From positions 259,482 to 323,481 of the forward strand of contig QMRC01000002.1 of assembly GCA_003649205.1 (NCBI GenBank): 64,000 nucleotides of DNA, read 5' to 3'. How positions within the stretch are numbered: position 1 is the stretch's first letter; each line of letters starts with the position of its first letter. This document shows positions 7,549 to 17,673 of this stretch, piece by piece. This stretch comes from Thermoprotei archaeon. GTDB lineage: Archaea > Thermoproteota > Thermoprotei > Thermoproteales > B15-G16. Made by a program: the position numbers and the translations under genes. The notes under the pieces are model-generated. The model was not told the DNA's origin. It did not search any database and saw only the letters and a program-made list of their open reading frames with translations.

Positions 7549-9144
7549 GTGGTGTGTATGAACCTCGAGTACACACCCATACTACACGTACCAGCACTAG
7601 TACCAATACTAGCTGTTGGATCAGCTTTTGCACTACCACTAATACATCTAGTGACCAAGAGCAGGAAGGTATGTGAGTACTTCGTAGTGACGATAACCGG
7701 TATCGAGCTAGTACTAACGACGATTGTCCTACACCTAGCATACACAAGTACTAAACCCATCATCTACACCTTTGGTGCTTGGCCACCACCGGTAGGTATC
7801 GTGTATGAGATAGATCGCTTCAGCGCACTACTTGGTGTATTAGCAGCAGTGCTCTTCTTCACAGCAGCACTCTACAGTACTAAGTACCTTGAGAAGGATT
7901 ACGGAGTTGAGTGGTACTACACACTGCTTCTCGGATTTGAAGCAGGTATCGTAGGTTGCGCATACACAGGTGATATCTTTAATCTCTTCGTAATGTTCGA
8001 AGTACTATCCATATCAGCTTACGCACTGGTAGCATTTAGGAAGGATGTACCTGAAGCAGTTGAAGGCAGTCTCAAGTACGCAATCGTTGGTTCAGTAGCA
8101 ACCACGATATACTTCATAGCAATTACCTTCATCTACGGAAGCTTTGGAACACTTAACATGGCCGATCTAGCAGCTAAAGTGAGAGGGTTAACATTTCCAG
8201 TAACAGGTACAGCACTAGGTAACGTACACGTGGCAACAGGCATAGCACTAGCACTCATCGTGTGGGCATTCTCAATAGAGGCAGCACTAGTACCAAATCA
8301 CTTTTGGTTACCAGACGCGTACGTTGGTGCACCAGTAACATTCTCAGCAATATCATCGGGAGCAGCGGTCAACATCAGTCTCTACATAATTGCTAGGTAC
8401 CTCTACACCATACTACAGGGTAGAGATGGACCAGCAGCACCGACAGTAGAGGCAGTACTTATAGCGTTGGTAGTCATGGGTTGTCTCTCAGCTATAGTCG
8501 GTTCAGTTCTCATGATAGTTCAGAAGGACATCAATAGGCTGATAGCGTACAGCACGATAGTGAATTCAGGTTACATAGCTATTGGACTAGGCATCGGGAC
8601 ACCACTTGGAATAGTAGCAGCTCTCTTCCACATGATAAACCACGCAGTAGCTAAGGCATTGCTCTTCTTCTGTGCAGGAAACTACGTACACGTAGTAGGT
8701 TCGAGAGATCTAGATGACTTAGCTGGTGTAGGTAAGAAGATGCCACTAACAACCATTGGACTCGTTGTAGGTGCACTTGCACTAGCAGGAGTACCACCAC
8801 TAAACTGCTTCATGAGCAAGCTAATACTAGCTCAAGCCCTCTTCGAGGCAAACCTCACACCACTAATAGCAGTGATCGTATTTGCAAGCGTACTCTCACT
8901 AATGGCGTACTTAAAGATCATATACAATGTCTACTGTAGAGCACCAGTCAAGAAACTACCTGAAGCAAGAGAACACCCACTAATGGCATACCCAGTAATT
9001 GCGTATGCGATTACATGCATAGTTTTCGGACTACTCGCACCAATACTAGTACCCACAGCAATAGAACCAGCAGTAACTGACTTATTGAACACAGATAACT
9101 ACATTAAGGCAGCTATGGAGATAGCTGAGAAGTTACTGAGGTGA
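7549..9144 (+). CDS. mnhD: Mrp/Mnh subunit D (MbhH-like ion-translocating subunit)
   Basis: GDIFNLFVMFE, HFWLPDAY and HMINHAVAKALLF motifs. Confidence 0.9.
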   Translation: MVCMNLEYTPILHVPALVPILAVGSAFALPLIHLVTKSRKVCEYFVVTITGIELVLTTIVLHLAYTSTKPIIYTFGAWPPPVGIVYEIDRFSALLGVLAAVLFFTAALYSTKYLEKDYGVEWYYTLLLGFEAGIVGCAYTGDIFNLFVMFEVLSISAYALVAFRKDVPEAVEGSLKYAIVGSVATTIYFIAITFIYGSFGTLNMADLAAKVRGLTFPVTGTALGNVHVATGIALALIVWAFSIEAALVPNHFWLPDAYVGAPVTFSAISSGAAVNISLYIIARYLYTILQGRDGPAAPTVEAVLIALVVMGCLSAIVGSVLMIVQKDINRLIAYSTIVNSGYIAIGLGIGTPLGIVAALFHMINHAVAKALLFFCAGNYVHVVGSRDLDDLAGVGKKMPLTTIGLVVGALALAGVPPLNCFMSKLILAQALFEANLTPLIAVIVFASVLSLMAYLKIIYNVYCRAPVKKLPEAREHPLMAYPVIAYAITCIVFGLLAPILVPTAIEPAVTDLLNTDNYIKAAMEIAEKLLR

Positions 9145-9485
9145 TGAGGATGAACCTCCTCATGTTGATACTATACGTAGCAACCTCAATGGTGCTAGCA
9201 TCAGCAATCATGTATGTAGTGTACAGAGTAGTATCGAGATCAGAGAGACCATCACCAGAGAAGACAAAGGTCTACGCCTGTGGAGAAGACTACACACCAG
9301 AGAGAGCAAGTGCATCAGACATAAACCTCTACACAGCAGTTTGGAGACTCTCATTCAGAAACCTCTACAAGTACATTAGGGAGAAAGGACATACAGGGGT
9401 GCTGAGTGACTGGTTCTTCTGGATGTACCTCTTCATGATAATAGCTCTCGTAGTACTGTACCTAGTATCTGTAACTCTATGGTGA
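9141..9485 (+). CDS. MbhI/NuoA-like membrane subunit
   Basis: KVYACGE loop and HTGVLSDW C-terminal helix. Confidence 0.7.
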   Translation: MMRMNLLMLILYVATSMVLASAIMYVVYRVVSRSERPSPEKTKVYACGEDYTPERASASDINLYTAVWRLSFRNLYKYIREKGHTGVLSDWFFWMYLFMIIALVVLYLVSVTLW

Positions 9486-10456
9486 TGTGTATGTGGATGT
9501 ACATACTCGAGACCGTACTCTACCCAGGACTAGTCTTCACACTACTGGGAATAATCTTCACGAACTGGTACGTGAGAAAGGTAAAGGCACACATGCAGAA
9601 TAGGATAGGTCCACTCTACACAGGACCCTTTGGACTACTACAACCAATTGCAGACCTCATAAAGCTATTCAGCAAGGAAGACATAGTCGTGAGCGGTTAC
9701 CCAGCTAGAGCACCTGCATTCTTCCTAACACTAGCAATGGGATCACTAGTAGCTCTACTACTCATGACACCAATAGCACCATACCCACTACAAGCACCGT
9801 ACGACATCTACATAGCACTCTACCTCCTCGTATGGCCAACAGTAGCAATAGCTATAGCGGGTTACCTAACACCAAGCCCATTCACTATAGTTGGGACAGC
9901 TAGAGTACTAAGCCTAACACTAGCCTACGAACTAGGCTTCGTACTATCGGTACTCGTACCAGTGGTACTAGCAAGTAGGTACCTAGGAGCTGAGTACAGC
10001 CTATACACAACTTGTACAAGAGCGTGGATGCTCTGGACAAAACCACTACCAGCAATACTACTAGCAATCTCACTACTAACAGCAATACTATCGCTACAGT
10101 GCAAGACAATGATGAAGCCATTTGACATACCGGAAGCAGAGACAGAGATAGTTGCAGGTCCATTTACAGAGTACTCAGGACCGAAGTACGCACTCATACT
10201 GATGCTACACGATCAAGAGCTCTTCGTAGGAGCACTTCTACTATCGCAACTATACTTCGGAGGACCAATACCACTAATCAACAACCCACTACTAGCAGCT
10301 GTGGTGACCTTCGTGGAGTACCTAGCAATAACACTGGTAGTGACCTGGATCCACGCATCAACACCAAGGTACAGGGTAGAGCAAGCACTGAATTGGTTCT
10401 GGAAGTACCTACTACCATTAAGCGCACTAGCATTAGTAGTCTCAATGGTAGTCTAG
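9479..10456 (+). CDS. Complex I subunit 1 family (NuoH/MbhM-like)
   Basis: QNRIGP, LLQPIADLIKLFSKE and PFDIPEAETEIVAGPFTEYSG motifs. Confidence 0.9.
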   Translation: MVMCMWMYILETVLYPGLVFTLLGIIFTNWYVRKVKAHMQNRIGPLYTGPFGLLQPIADLIKLFSKEDIVVSGYPARAPAFFLTLAMGSLVALLLMTPIAPYPLQAPYDIYIALYLLVWPTVAIAIAGYLTPSPFTIVGTARVLSLTLAYELGFVLSVLVPVVLASRYLGAEYSLYTTCTRAWMLWTKPLPAILLAISLLTAILSLQCKTMMKPFDIPEAETEIVAGPFTEYSGPKYALILMLHDQELFVGALLLSQLYFGGPIPLINNPLLAAVVTFVEYLAITLVVTWIHASTPRYRVEQALNWFWKYLLPLSALALVVSMVV

Positions 10457-10487
10457 GAAGAAAATCGTGATAAATGATCAATCAAAG

Positions 10488-10772
10488 TTACTGAAGAGTA
10501 AGCAAACTCCTCAATCTCCTATACAGTTCTAGGAACTCCAACCCCTTCCCTGTAGTTCTGAATACTAATACACTCCCCCTCTTCTCGACAGCAATCAAAC
10601 CACTTCGAATAGCAATCTTAAGGTACTTCTCCAACGTCGGTTGATTTAGGTTAGTACTGTACAGCAACTTCGTCTTCCTAATGCCACCAATAGCACACTT
10701 AACGAGATCAGCAATGATATCGATGTAAGACCTCTTACCAGTGATCACGAGATTACCCTCTTCATTCATCAA
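10488..10772 (-). CDS. Winged-HTH transcriptional regulator
   Basis: KRSYIDIIAD..RKTKLLYSTNLN..TTGKG; paralog of 12857..13129. Confidence 0.85.
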   Translation of the reverse strand: MMNEEGNLVITGKRSYIDIIADLVKCAIGGIRKTKLLYSTNLNQPTLEKYLKIAIRSGLIAVEKRGSVLVFRTTGKGLEFLELYRRLRSLLTLQ

Positions 10773-11096
10773 TATGAAACACCTCTACACACATACTGAA
10801 CAACACTCACGAATTAATTAAATTTACACAATTAACATGCATAGAGCAGTAGCGTATACGCAGATACTATCAAGTTTACATACTTCACATACATAGTTGA
10901 GATTTACGGTATCGATAATATGTACAATATGTATATCACTACAGCTACTGTGTATATAACGTACACTAATGCACAATATTCAGGTACTGAAAGGACTGAC
11001 ACATCATACACAACCCTCGAATAAGGTTTAACGTTTTTTAATGTCTTCTACTTAGTGACCAGTGAAGAAGCATGCACAAAAAACTAACTAAGGTAT

Positions 11097-11780
11097 GTGA
11101 ATACTTTGGTGTTACTAATGACTAGACTACTAGTGCTCACACTAGGCTTTGAGGAGAAGTTCGCATTCAGAATGCTCACAAGGCATGGACTAGATAGAGG
11201 AGATAGAATTCTCATACTAACTGGGAGAGCAGTTGAGAGAACAGTAAAGGCAATAGAGACAATCAAGGAATTCGTTAAGAAGTACTTCCCAGGTGAGATA
11301 GATGTTGAATTCTATGAAGTAGATCTCTCGAACTTTATAGAAGCAGTTAGGAGGATAAGAGATGTACTGAGTAGGTACATACCATCTTACGACAAGGTAA
11401 TAATTAACCTAACAGGAGGAATGAGAGTACTGATACTAGCAACCTTCACAGCACTTCTCCTACTATCGGTAAATCTAGGTGAGAGGATCACACACATAGA
11501 GGTTGAGTTTGAGGATGGTACGTACCTAGTCAAGATACCACAGAACCTACCTAGAATGCTCCTAAATGTGAGATCACTAACAAGGGAGAGGATAGAGCTA
11601 CTAAGAGCAATACAGGAATTAGGAGAGGTCACTGTAAAGGACTTAGCAAAGGTATTGGGTAAGGATGAGTCAACAATTAGGAGACAAATCTATGAGTTAG
11701 AGAAGTTAGAGTTAGTCGAGGTAACTAAGACAAGACCAACAAAAATCAAGGTAACAGAACTAGGTAGACTACTCATATAG
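11097..11780 (+). CDS. csa3: CRISPR-associated CARF-wHTH regulator Csa3
   Basis: TLGFEEKF, NLTGGMR and VEFED CARF motifs plus C-terminal wHTH. Confidence 0.9.
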   Translation: MNTLVLLMTRLLVLTLGFEEKFAFRMLTRHGLDRGDRILILTGRAVERTVKAIETIKEFVKKYFPGEIDVEFYEVDLSNFIEAVRRIRDVLSRYIPSYDKVIINLTGGMRVLILATFTALLLLSVNLGERITHIEVEFEDGTYLVKIPQNLPRMLLNVRSLTRERIELLRAIQELGEVTVKDLAKVLGKDESTIRRQIYELEKLELVEVTKTRPTKIKVTELGRLLI

Positions 11781-11850
11781 AGAACGAGTATAGGATGCTG
11801 GTACGGATATCAGATACACAATGTACGCAAGGTACTGCGTAGCTCGTGGA

Positions 11851-12267
11851 TTACATGATGTGGAGGTTTGTAGTAATAGCTTCACTACTGCTTCCCCTAC
11901 TAACAGTAATCTCCATCTCAGTAACGTCATGCATACAGTACGAGACTATATCCCAAAACAAATTATGAGTACTCCTCATACTTGACCTAACAGCAGATAT
12001 CGTAGGAGCTAAAGTAGGTGAAGAAACTGTTCCTACAGTAGCAATGCCGTCGATGAGTTCTTCTGGTTCCTGCTTTATCTCTATGCTAGCTTCCACTTCC
12101 GGTGCCTTATCTTCAACACCTGCATTTGAGAACTCTACATCTAGTACTCCAGTCTTCACTGTACCACTAACCTTTAGAGTATCAGTCCAGATAGCATACC
12201 CTGCTGCTACTAGTAGCACCAGCAGTGCTGGTATTAGTGCTAGTATGGGGAGTGTTGCCTTCCTCAT
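11851..12267 (-). pseudogene. Probable truncated secreted protein with SipW/TasA-like N-terminus
   Basis: SD GAGGTG, signal peptide, then AGYAIWTDTLKVSGTVKTG; sequence after about residue 70 looks unrelated. Confidence 0.4.
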
Positions 12268-12856
12268 ACCCCACACCTCGTGCTGTGTCGATTTCTTTCA
12301 ACCCTTTTATCTTGTGCATTTCTCATGCATATTCTCAAGATATCTCTGTAATATATTTGCATTGTATATCATTAATTTACCTAGTTGCAATTCATTCCTT
12401 GAGTTGGTACACAGATTAGGTATGTGCTATCTAGATGTGTATTACGTATTTCCTCCGAATACTAGTATAGTTCACTAGCTACTTGACTTTCCGGTCCGGA
12501 GCTGCTGCTTATCAGGAGATATGTTGAGATCCCCTCCTCGGTCTTGAATCTTCGATGTGTTTGGTAGTTTGGTTGTGGTTTTAATCTCTAGAGTTTTTCT
12601 CCCTACGTACCTTCCTTGCTGTGCTATATCTCGATCTTTGACTTTGATTCTACCATTATCTCACAGGGTACTGTTCGTGCTATATGTACTATCGGTCTAT
12701 ACTACTTGTATGTACTTTAAGTATATATCTTTAGTGCAATTTTGTACTCAGTTTTTGTTTGTAGTTTTCTTGTTGTGGGTTTTAGGTCTAGATATGTATA
12801 TAGCGTAACTGTGATTAGTTATAGTGATGGGTCTGTTAATTACGGGGTTTTGCTCG

Positions 12857-13129
12857 ATGGGTTCTATGCGGAGGAGGTGTATGATTGATATTTTAGCGGA
12901 TATTCTTAGGTGTGCTGTTGGTGGTGTTCGGAAGACGAAGCTCATGTATGCTGTAGGTCTCAACTATGGATCTCTTAGGAGGTATGTTGATCTTGCTGTT
13001 AAGCTCGGTCTTCTCTGTGTTGAGTTTCGTGGTAGGTATGTTGTTCTTAGGACTACGGATAAGGGTCTTCAGTTTCTTCAGTTGTATGAGATGATTAGGT
13101 CTTTTCTCGATGGTGGTTGTGAGGAGTGA
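12857..13129 (+). CDS. Winged-HTH transcriptional regulator
   Basis: RRCMIDILAD..RKTKLMYAVGLN..TTDKG; start uncertain (ORF track gives 12824). Confidence 0.8.
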   Translation: MGSMRRRCMIDILADILRCAVGGVRKTKLMYAVGLNYGSLRRYVDLAVKLGLLCVEFRGRYVVLRTTDKGLQFLQLYEMIRSFLDGGCEE

Positions 13130-13171
13130 TTGAGTAGGAGTTATATTCTCGTCTCCTCTCACTGTTGTGTG

Positions 13172-13224
13172 GTGATGACTAACTGGGCCGGCCTTGATTG
13201 GTGATGTGTACCCGCCCCCTCTGA
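13172..13224 (+). ncRNA. Box C/D sRNA
   Basis: GTGATGA-ctaactgggccggcc-TTGA-GTGATGT-gtacccgccccct-CTGA. Confidence 0.75.
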
Positions 13225-13263
13225 TGTGTGTTGTGGTTATTTACTTGTCTTCTGTGTTTTCTG

Positions 13264-13313
13264 GTGATGAGGTTTTGTTTGGCAGAGTGGTGAAGAGCGT
13301 TGGGGACCTCTGA
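13264..13313 (+). ncRNA. Box C/D sRNA overlapping the ATPase start
   Basis: GTGATGA-ggttttgtttgg-CAGA-GTGAAGA-gcgttggggacct-CTGA. Confidence 0.75.
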
Positions 13314-14307
13314 TTTTGTTGAGCCTAGGTTTGTTGATAGGGTTGTTGAGTTTAGGGTTTTGGAGGAGTTGTGTAGTCGTGTTGTTGCTCTTCCTATCTT
13401 TCTCTATGGTCCTGAGGGTTGTGGTAAGTCTAGGTTGTTTAGGGAGTTTGTTGCTAGGTTTGATGGTGTTGGTGTGTATGTTGATGCTTTAGAGCGTACT
13501 AGGGTTGATAGGGCTCTGTTCTTTAGTCCTGTTGTTTCTGAGCTTAGGGAGTTCGTTAGGGTTATTGCTGGTGCTGTTTCTGGTTCTGTTGGTGTTTACT
13601 TAGCTGATCGCGTATTTGACTTAGTTTCTAGGGTTGGTGTTAGGAGATGTATTGAGGGTGAGAGGGTTGTTGTGGTTGTTGATGATGTTGTTAGGGCTAT
13701 TGGTGTTGATCAAGTTGAGTGGTATGTTAAGTGGTTGTATGAGTCTATTCGTAAGTTTGTTGAGGAATTTCATCCTCGTGGTCTCGTTGTTGTTGCTACC
13801 ACTTCTGAGGGTGTTAGTAGGAGGTTGGTGTCGAGACATAGGCACGCTGTTGTGTATCTGTTGTGGAATCTCGACTATGATTCATTCTATGAGTTAGCTC
13901 GTGAACTTGGTGCTCCTAGTCGTGAGGTTGTTGATCGTGTTTGGGAGTTTGTTGGCGGTAATCCTGGTAGGTTGGTTGAGATTGCTTCTGTTTTTCGGTG
14001 GGATGTTAGTTCCTGGATTGAGTTGTTGAGGGGTAGGTTGTTTGAGGTTTTTCGTATTGTTAGGAGTGAGGATCTTGTTGGTGAGTTATTGAGGGTTATT
14101 GAGGATCCTGATGTCTTTATTCATGAGGCTTCTCCCAGGTTTGAGAAGTTGCTGAGTATTCTTGAGGAATATAATCTGGTGATCTACAAGTACTGTATGT
14201 TGCTTAGTCGTGAGTACCTTAGACCTTGTCCTGAACTTGGTGTTGGTAAGTACTATGCTTGGCAGCTTCCTGCGTACAGGGTTGTTCTTGAAGAGTTTGC
14301 TAGGTGA
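13300..14307 (+). CDS. Archaeal ATPase (ATPase_2 family)
   Basis: FVDR, YGPEGCGKS Walker A, VVVDD Walker B, TTSEG and GGNP. Confidence 0.85.
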   Translation: MGTSDFVEPRFVDRVVEFRVLEELCSRVVALPIFLYGPEGCGKSRLFREFVARFDGVGVYVDALERTRVDRALFFSPVVSELREFVRVIAGAVSGSVGVYLADRVFDLVSRVGVRRCIEGERVVVVVDDVVRAIGVDQVEWYVKWLYESIRKFVEEFHPRGLVVVATTSEGVSRRLVSRHRHAVVYLLWNLDYDSFYELARELGAPSREVVDRVWEFVGGNPGRLVEIASVFRWDVSSWIELLRGRLFEVFRIVRSEDLVGELLRVIEDPDVFIHEASPRFEKLLSILEEYNLVIYKYCMLLSREYLRPCPELGVGKYYAWQLPAYRVVLEEFAR

Positions 14308-14351
14308 TTGTGGTGGAAAGTTATTTCTATTGGTTACGTGGTTTGTTCTCA

Positions 14352-14403
14352 GTGATGAGCGACTGCCGCCCTGACTCTGGATGAGGATAGCCGCGTAGTC
14401 TGA
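14352..14403 (+). ncRNA. Box C/D sRNA
   Basis: GTGATGA-gcgactgccgcc-CTGA-ATGAGGA-tagccgcgtagt-CTGA. Confidence 0.85.
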
Positions 14404-14456
14404 TCTTGGTAATTGATATCTCCCTGTACTGAGCTACGTCAACTAGGTGATGTACT

Positions 14457-14969
14457 GTGGGTGTGTACGATGTTGTTGTGAAGAGGAGGAGTATTAGGAG
14501 GTACAGGAAGGAGCCTATTCCTAATGAGCACCTTAAGATGATTCTCGATGCTGCTAGGTTAGCCCCTAGTGCGGGTAACAGGCAGCCTTGGCACTTTGTC
14601 GTCGTTACTGATGAGAAGCTTAAGAGGAAGCTTGTTGATGCCTGTATGGGTCAGAGCTTTATTGCTGATGCTTACTGCGTTGTGGTTGGCCTTGGTGATA
14701 GGGAGATTTCTCCGAAGTGGTGTGTTGTAGATACTACCATAGCTATGGAGCACATGGTCTTGGTAGCTACTGACCTCGGTTACGGTACTTGCTGGATTGG
14801 TGCATTTGATGAAGGTAAGGTCCGTGAGTTACTGAAGATACCCGATAGATATGTCGTTGTTGCTCTATTGACTATTGGTGTACCTGATGAATCGCCACCA
14901 CCTAGACCGAGGAAGTCATTAAGGGAAATCACATCTCGTGACGTCTACGGAAGACCACTTGAGCTATAG
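14457..14969 (+). CDS. Nitroreductase family protein
   Basis: RRSIRRY, APSAGNRQPW and GYGTCWIG motifs. Confidence 0.92.
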   Translation: MGVYDVVVKRRSIRRYRKEPIPNEHLKMILDAARLAPSAGNRQPWHFVVVTDEKLKRKLVDACMGQSFIADAYCVVVGLGDREISPKWCVVDTTIAMEHMVLVATDLGYGTCWIGAFDEGKVRELLKIPDRYVVVALLTIGVPDESPPPRPRKSLREITSRDVYGRPLEL

Positions 14970-14982
14970 ACGTTGGTTGAGG

Positions 14983-15543
14983 TTATAGTCCTAGCTCATG
15001 GCTTATCTTCTTCAGCGCATTGAGGCTTAGCTCTAGGAACTCCTCGAGGCTCAGTCCTATCTCCTCACATAGCTTTATCTTCTCTCTATTTGCTCCTCTC
15101 GCGAAGTCTCTGTCCTTGAACTTCCTCTTGAGGGTATCTAGCTTTACCTCCTCTAGCTTCTTATGTGGCATGACTAGTGCTGCTGCTACGATTAGCCCTG
15201 ATATGTTATCTGCTGCTATCAGTGCCTTAGCTAGCTTGGTCTTCGGTTCATGACCTGTCTTTTCGTTGTGTGCTCTAATCGCTTCTAATGCCTCTTCAGG
15301 TAGCTTACCCTTCAGCATCTCAGCACCCACTATACCGTGTCTCTCCATCTGTGACTTAGTCATCTCGTAGTCTATGTCGTGTAGTAGACCTACGAGACCC
15401 CATAGCTCCTCAACTTCACCTAGTCTCTTAGCTAGTTCCCTCATGATTGCTTCAACAGCTATCATGTGCTTAATCAACTTCTCATTCTTGACGTGTTCTC
15501 TAATTAGCTTAAGTGCTTCATCTCTAGTTATCATGTTTCTCAC
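14983..15543 (-). CDS. HDIG domain phosphohydrolase
   Basis: H...GLLHDID...HG...AHN...AD. Confidence 0.88.
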   Translation of the reverse strand: MRNMITRDEALKLIREHVKNEKLIKHMIAVEAIMRELAKRLGEVEELWGLVGLLHDIDYEMTKSQMERHGIVGAEMLKGKLPEEALEAIRAHNEKTGHEPKTKLAKALIAADNISGLIVAAALVMPHKKLEEVKLDTLKRKFKDRDFARGANREKIKLCEEIGLSLEEFLELSLNALKKISHELGL

Positions 15544-15578
15544 CTACTTCCTTGCAGTTTTCTCAGGGTATTTTTGAG

Positions 15579-16394
15579 TTATGTAGTGAAGATCTTTGCT
15601 ATTGGTGGTGTTCTTCTCTTGTGCTCTGTTGTCCTCACCATCTCAAGTACTTTATCGACTACCTTCTTGGGTACTCCAGTTACTTCAGGTACTCTCTCTG
15701 GTTCAATTCCTCTATCGAAAACTGCGTGTAAAACTAGGTCAACTTCTTCGTATCTCACACCTAGCTCTTCTTCAGCCATGTGACCTGGCCATAGTCTTGG
15801 ACTACTTGGTTTGTAGGCTATTCTCTCAGGTACTCCTAGGTAGACTGCTAGTGCTCTTACCTGTGTTTTGTAGAGGTCTCCTAGTGGTAGTATGTCTACT
15901 GCTCCATCTCCGTACTTCGTGAAGTACCCTATGAGTAACTCACTCTTATCACTCGCACCAACTACAAGACCATTGAACTCATTAGCTACTGTGTAGAGGA
16001 GTACTGCTCTAGTTCTTGCCCTTATATTTCCGACTGTCTTGTACGATAGTTCCCTACCAAAGCTACTCGATACTTTCTCACTGAACTGATCAACTAACTC
16101 ATCTATGTAGATGATCCTGTACTCTATCTTTAATGCACTCACTAGATCTATAGCATCCTTGATATCTACTTCAGGTGTTGTTCTGCTATCTGGCATTATG
16201 AGTGCGATGATGTTCTCTGGACCAACAGCTCTCGTACATAGGTACACTGTCGTGCTTGAATCGACACCACCACTGACACCTACGATCAGCTTCTTGACAC
16301 CACTATTCTCGTAATGGTACTTAATAAAGTCAAGTATCTTCTTAGTCACTGTCTCTCTATCGAACTTTAGTAAGTCCTCGATCGTTATCCTCAC
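15579..16394 (-). CDS. nadE: NH3-dependent NAD+ synthetase
   Basis: GVSGGVDS, GNIRARTR and GYFTKYGDG motifs. Confidence 0.95.
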   Translation of the reverse strand: MRITIEDLLKFDRETVTKKILDFIKYHYENSGVKKLIVGVSGGVDSSTTVYLCTRAVGPENIIALIMPDSRTTPEVDIKDAIDLVSALKIEYRIIYIDELVDQFSEKVSSSFGRELSYKTVGNIRARTRAVLLYTVANEFNGLVVGASDKSELLIGYFTKYGDGAVDILPLGDLYKTQVRALAVYLGVPERIAYKPSSPRLWPGHMAEEELGVRYEEVDLVLHAVFDRGIEPERVPEVTGVPKKVVDKVLEMVRTTEHKRRTPPIAKIFTT

Positions 16395-16516
16395 GATACC
16401 ACCAACTACATCAGTGAACTCGAAGATATTTACGACTTCGCTGGTTACTCGATATGTGGGACTAGACCGAATCCAGTAAATCCTTATAACTTAGGTATTA
16501 CTGATTACGTAGATCG

Positions 16517-17250
16517 GTGATACATCTGAGAGGGTACTATTCCCAGTACTCATAACCCTACTCGTGATCACATTGTTAGTGATGCCTCAAGCCCTCTGTG
16601 AGAATAAGCCTATTGTCGTTACCACAACCTCTGTTTTAGGTAGTACAGTTCGTGATCTTGCTCTGATCTCGTTGACGTAGTCGTAATAGCTACACCTACA
16701 GTGTGTCCTGCTCACTACGACATTAAGCCTAGCGATGTCGAGGTCTTAAGAGAGCTATCGTGGTTCTCTACCACGGCTTTGAACCCTGGGTTGAGACTTT
16801 GGTTAAGGCATCCGGTACCAAGGCTAAGTTAGCGAAGATTCCTGGACCTTGGAATACACCTATTGAGCTAGCTAAGAGGTATAGGGCTGTAGCATTAGCT
16901 CTTGAGGAAGTTCTTGGAGTTAAGCTTAGAGGTGGATTGAGCAAGTGCTTGAAGGCTATCAACGAGACTGGTGCTGAGTTAGAGACACTAGCTGAGAGAC
17001 TCGGTATTGTTCACGTTGCTTTGACGAGTTTTCCAGGTACTGAACTTGGTCTCAATAATGTGTGACTTCCACCATGAGGTACAATGTTGAGAAACTCATA
17101 GCTGCTATCAAGGAGGTTGAGGTACTGAGTAAGGTTAGGTCGTACCTAGCTGAGTTCACTACTCTAAGGAGCTTAGTGTACGTTCTAATAATTGCTGTCG
17201 CTGCTGAACTAGCTGTAATTGTTATCTTATATGCTTTATCTGAGGATTAG
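16517..17250 (+). pseudogene. Zn/Mn ABC substrate-binding protein, multiply frameshifted
   Basis: Signal peptide plus IVVTTTSVLGS in one frame, CPAHYDIKPSD in a second, YHGFEPW in a third; C-terminal TM fragment at 17062..17250. Confidence 0.75.
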
Positions 17251-17265
17251 AGGAGGTGATTTCCG

Positions 17266-17673
17266 GTGAAGTACCTAACAATTGAGGAGGCATCTATCTT
17301 CCATGGTCATCTAGGCCCATTCCTAGCTCTTGGATACGTAGCTGGTAGGTTCTGTGTTGAGGTTCTTAAACCCGAAACTGAGCACGATCTAGAGGCTGTG
17401 GTCAAGGTACCTCTCCGTACACCATATACCTGCATTCTCGACGGTATTCAGTGTAGTACAAAGTGCACCCTAGGTAAGGGCAATATCAGGGTTGAGAAGG
17501 GTAGTGAGGACGATATAGTAATCACAATTAGGTCTAAGAGGACAAGTCGTGGAGTTGTGTTGAAGGTTAAGAACGAGGTCATTGCTAGAATACTTAGCAT
17601 GGATTTGGAGAAGGGTGCTAGATACGTCCTAAGTAGGGGAATTGATGAGCTATTCGATGTTCAGTATGTTTAA
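17266..17673 (+). CDS. FmdE family protein
   Basis: FHGHLGP and CILDGIQCSTKCTLGKGN motifs. Confidence 0.88.
   Translation: MKYLTIEEASIFHGHLGPFLALGYVAGRFCVEVLKPETEHDLEAVVKVPLRTPYTCILDGIQCSTKCTLGKGNIRVEKGSEDDIVITIRSKRTSRGVVLKVKNEVIARILSMDLEKGARYVLSRGIDELFDVQYV

Noticed and set aside
10773-12823. CRISPR array near csa3
   Set aside because: No direct repeats of 24-40 nt with regular spacers were seen
12277-12823. Replication origin at the main skew flip
   Set aside because: No ORB repeats or cdc6/orc1 gene recognised; kept only as part of the skew finding
12044-12963. Short ORFs 12044..12478, 12225..12419, 12557..12808 and 12748..12963
   Set aside because: Antisense or low-complexity frames in skewed intergenic DNA
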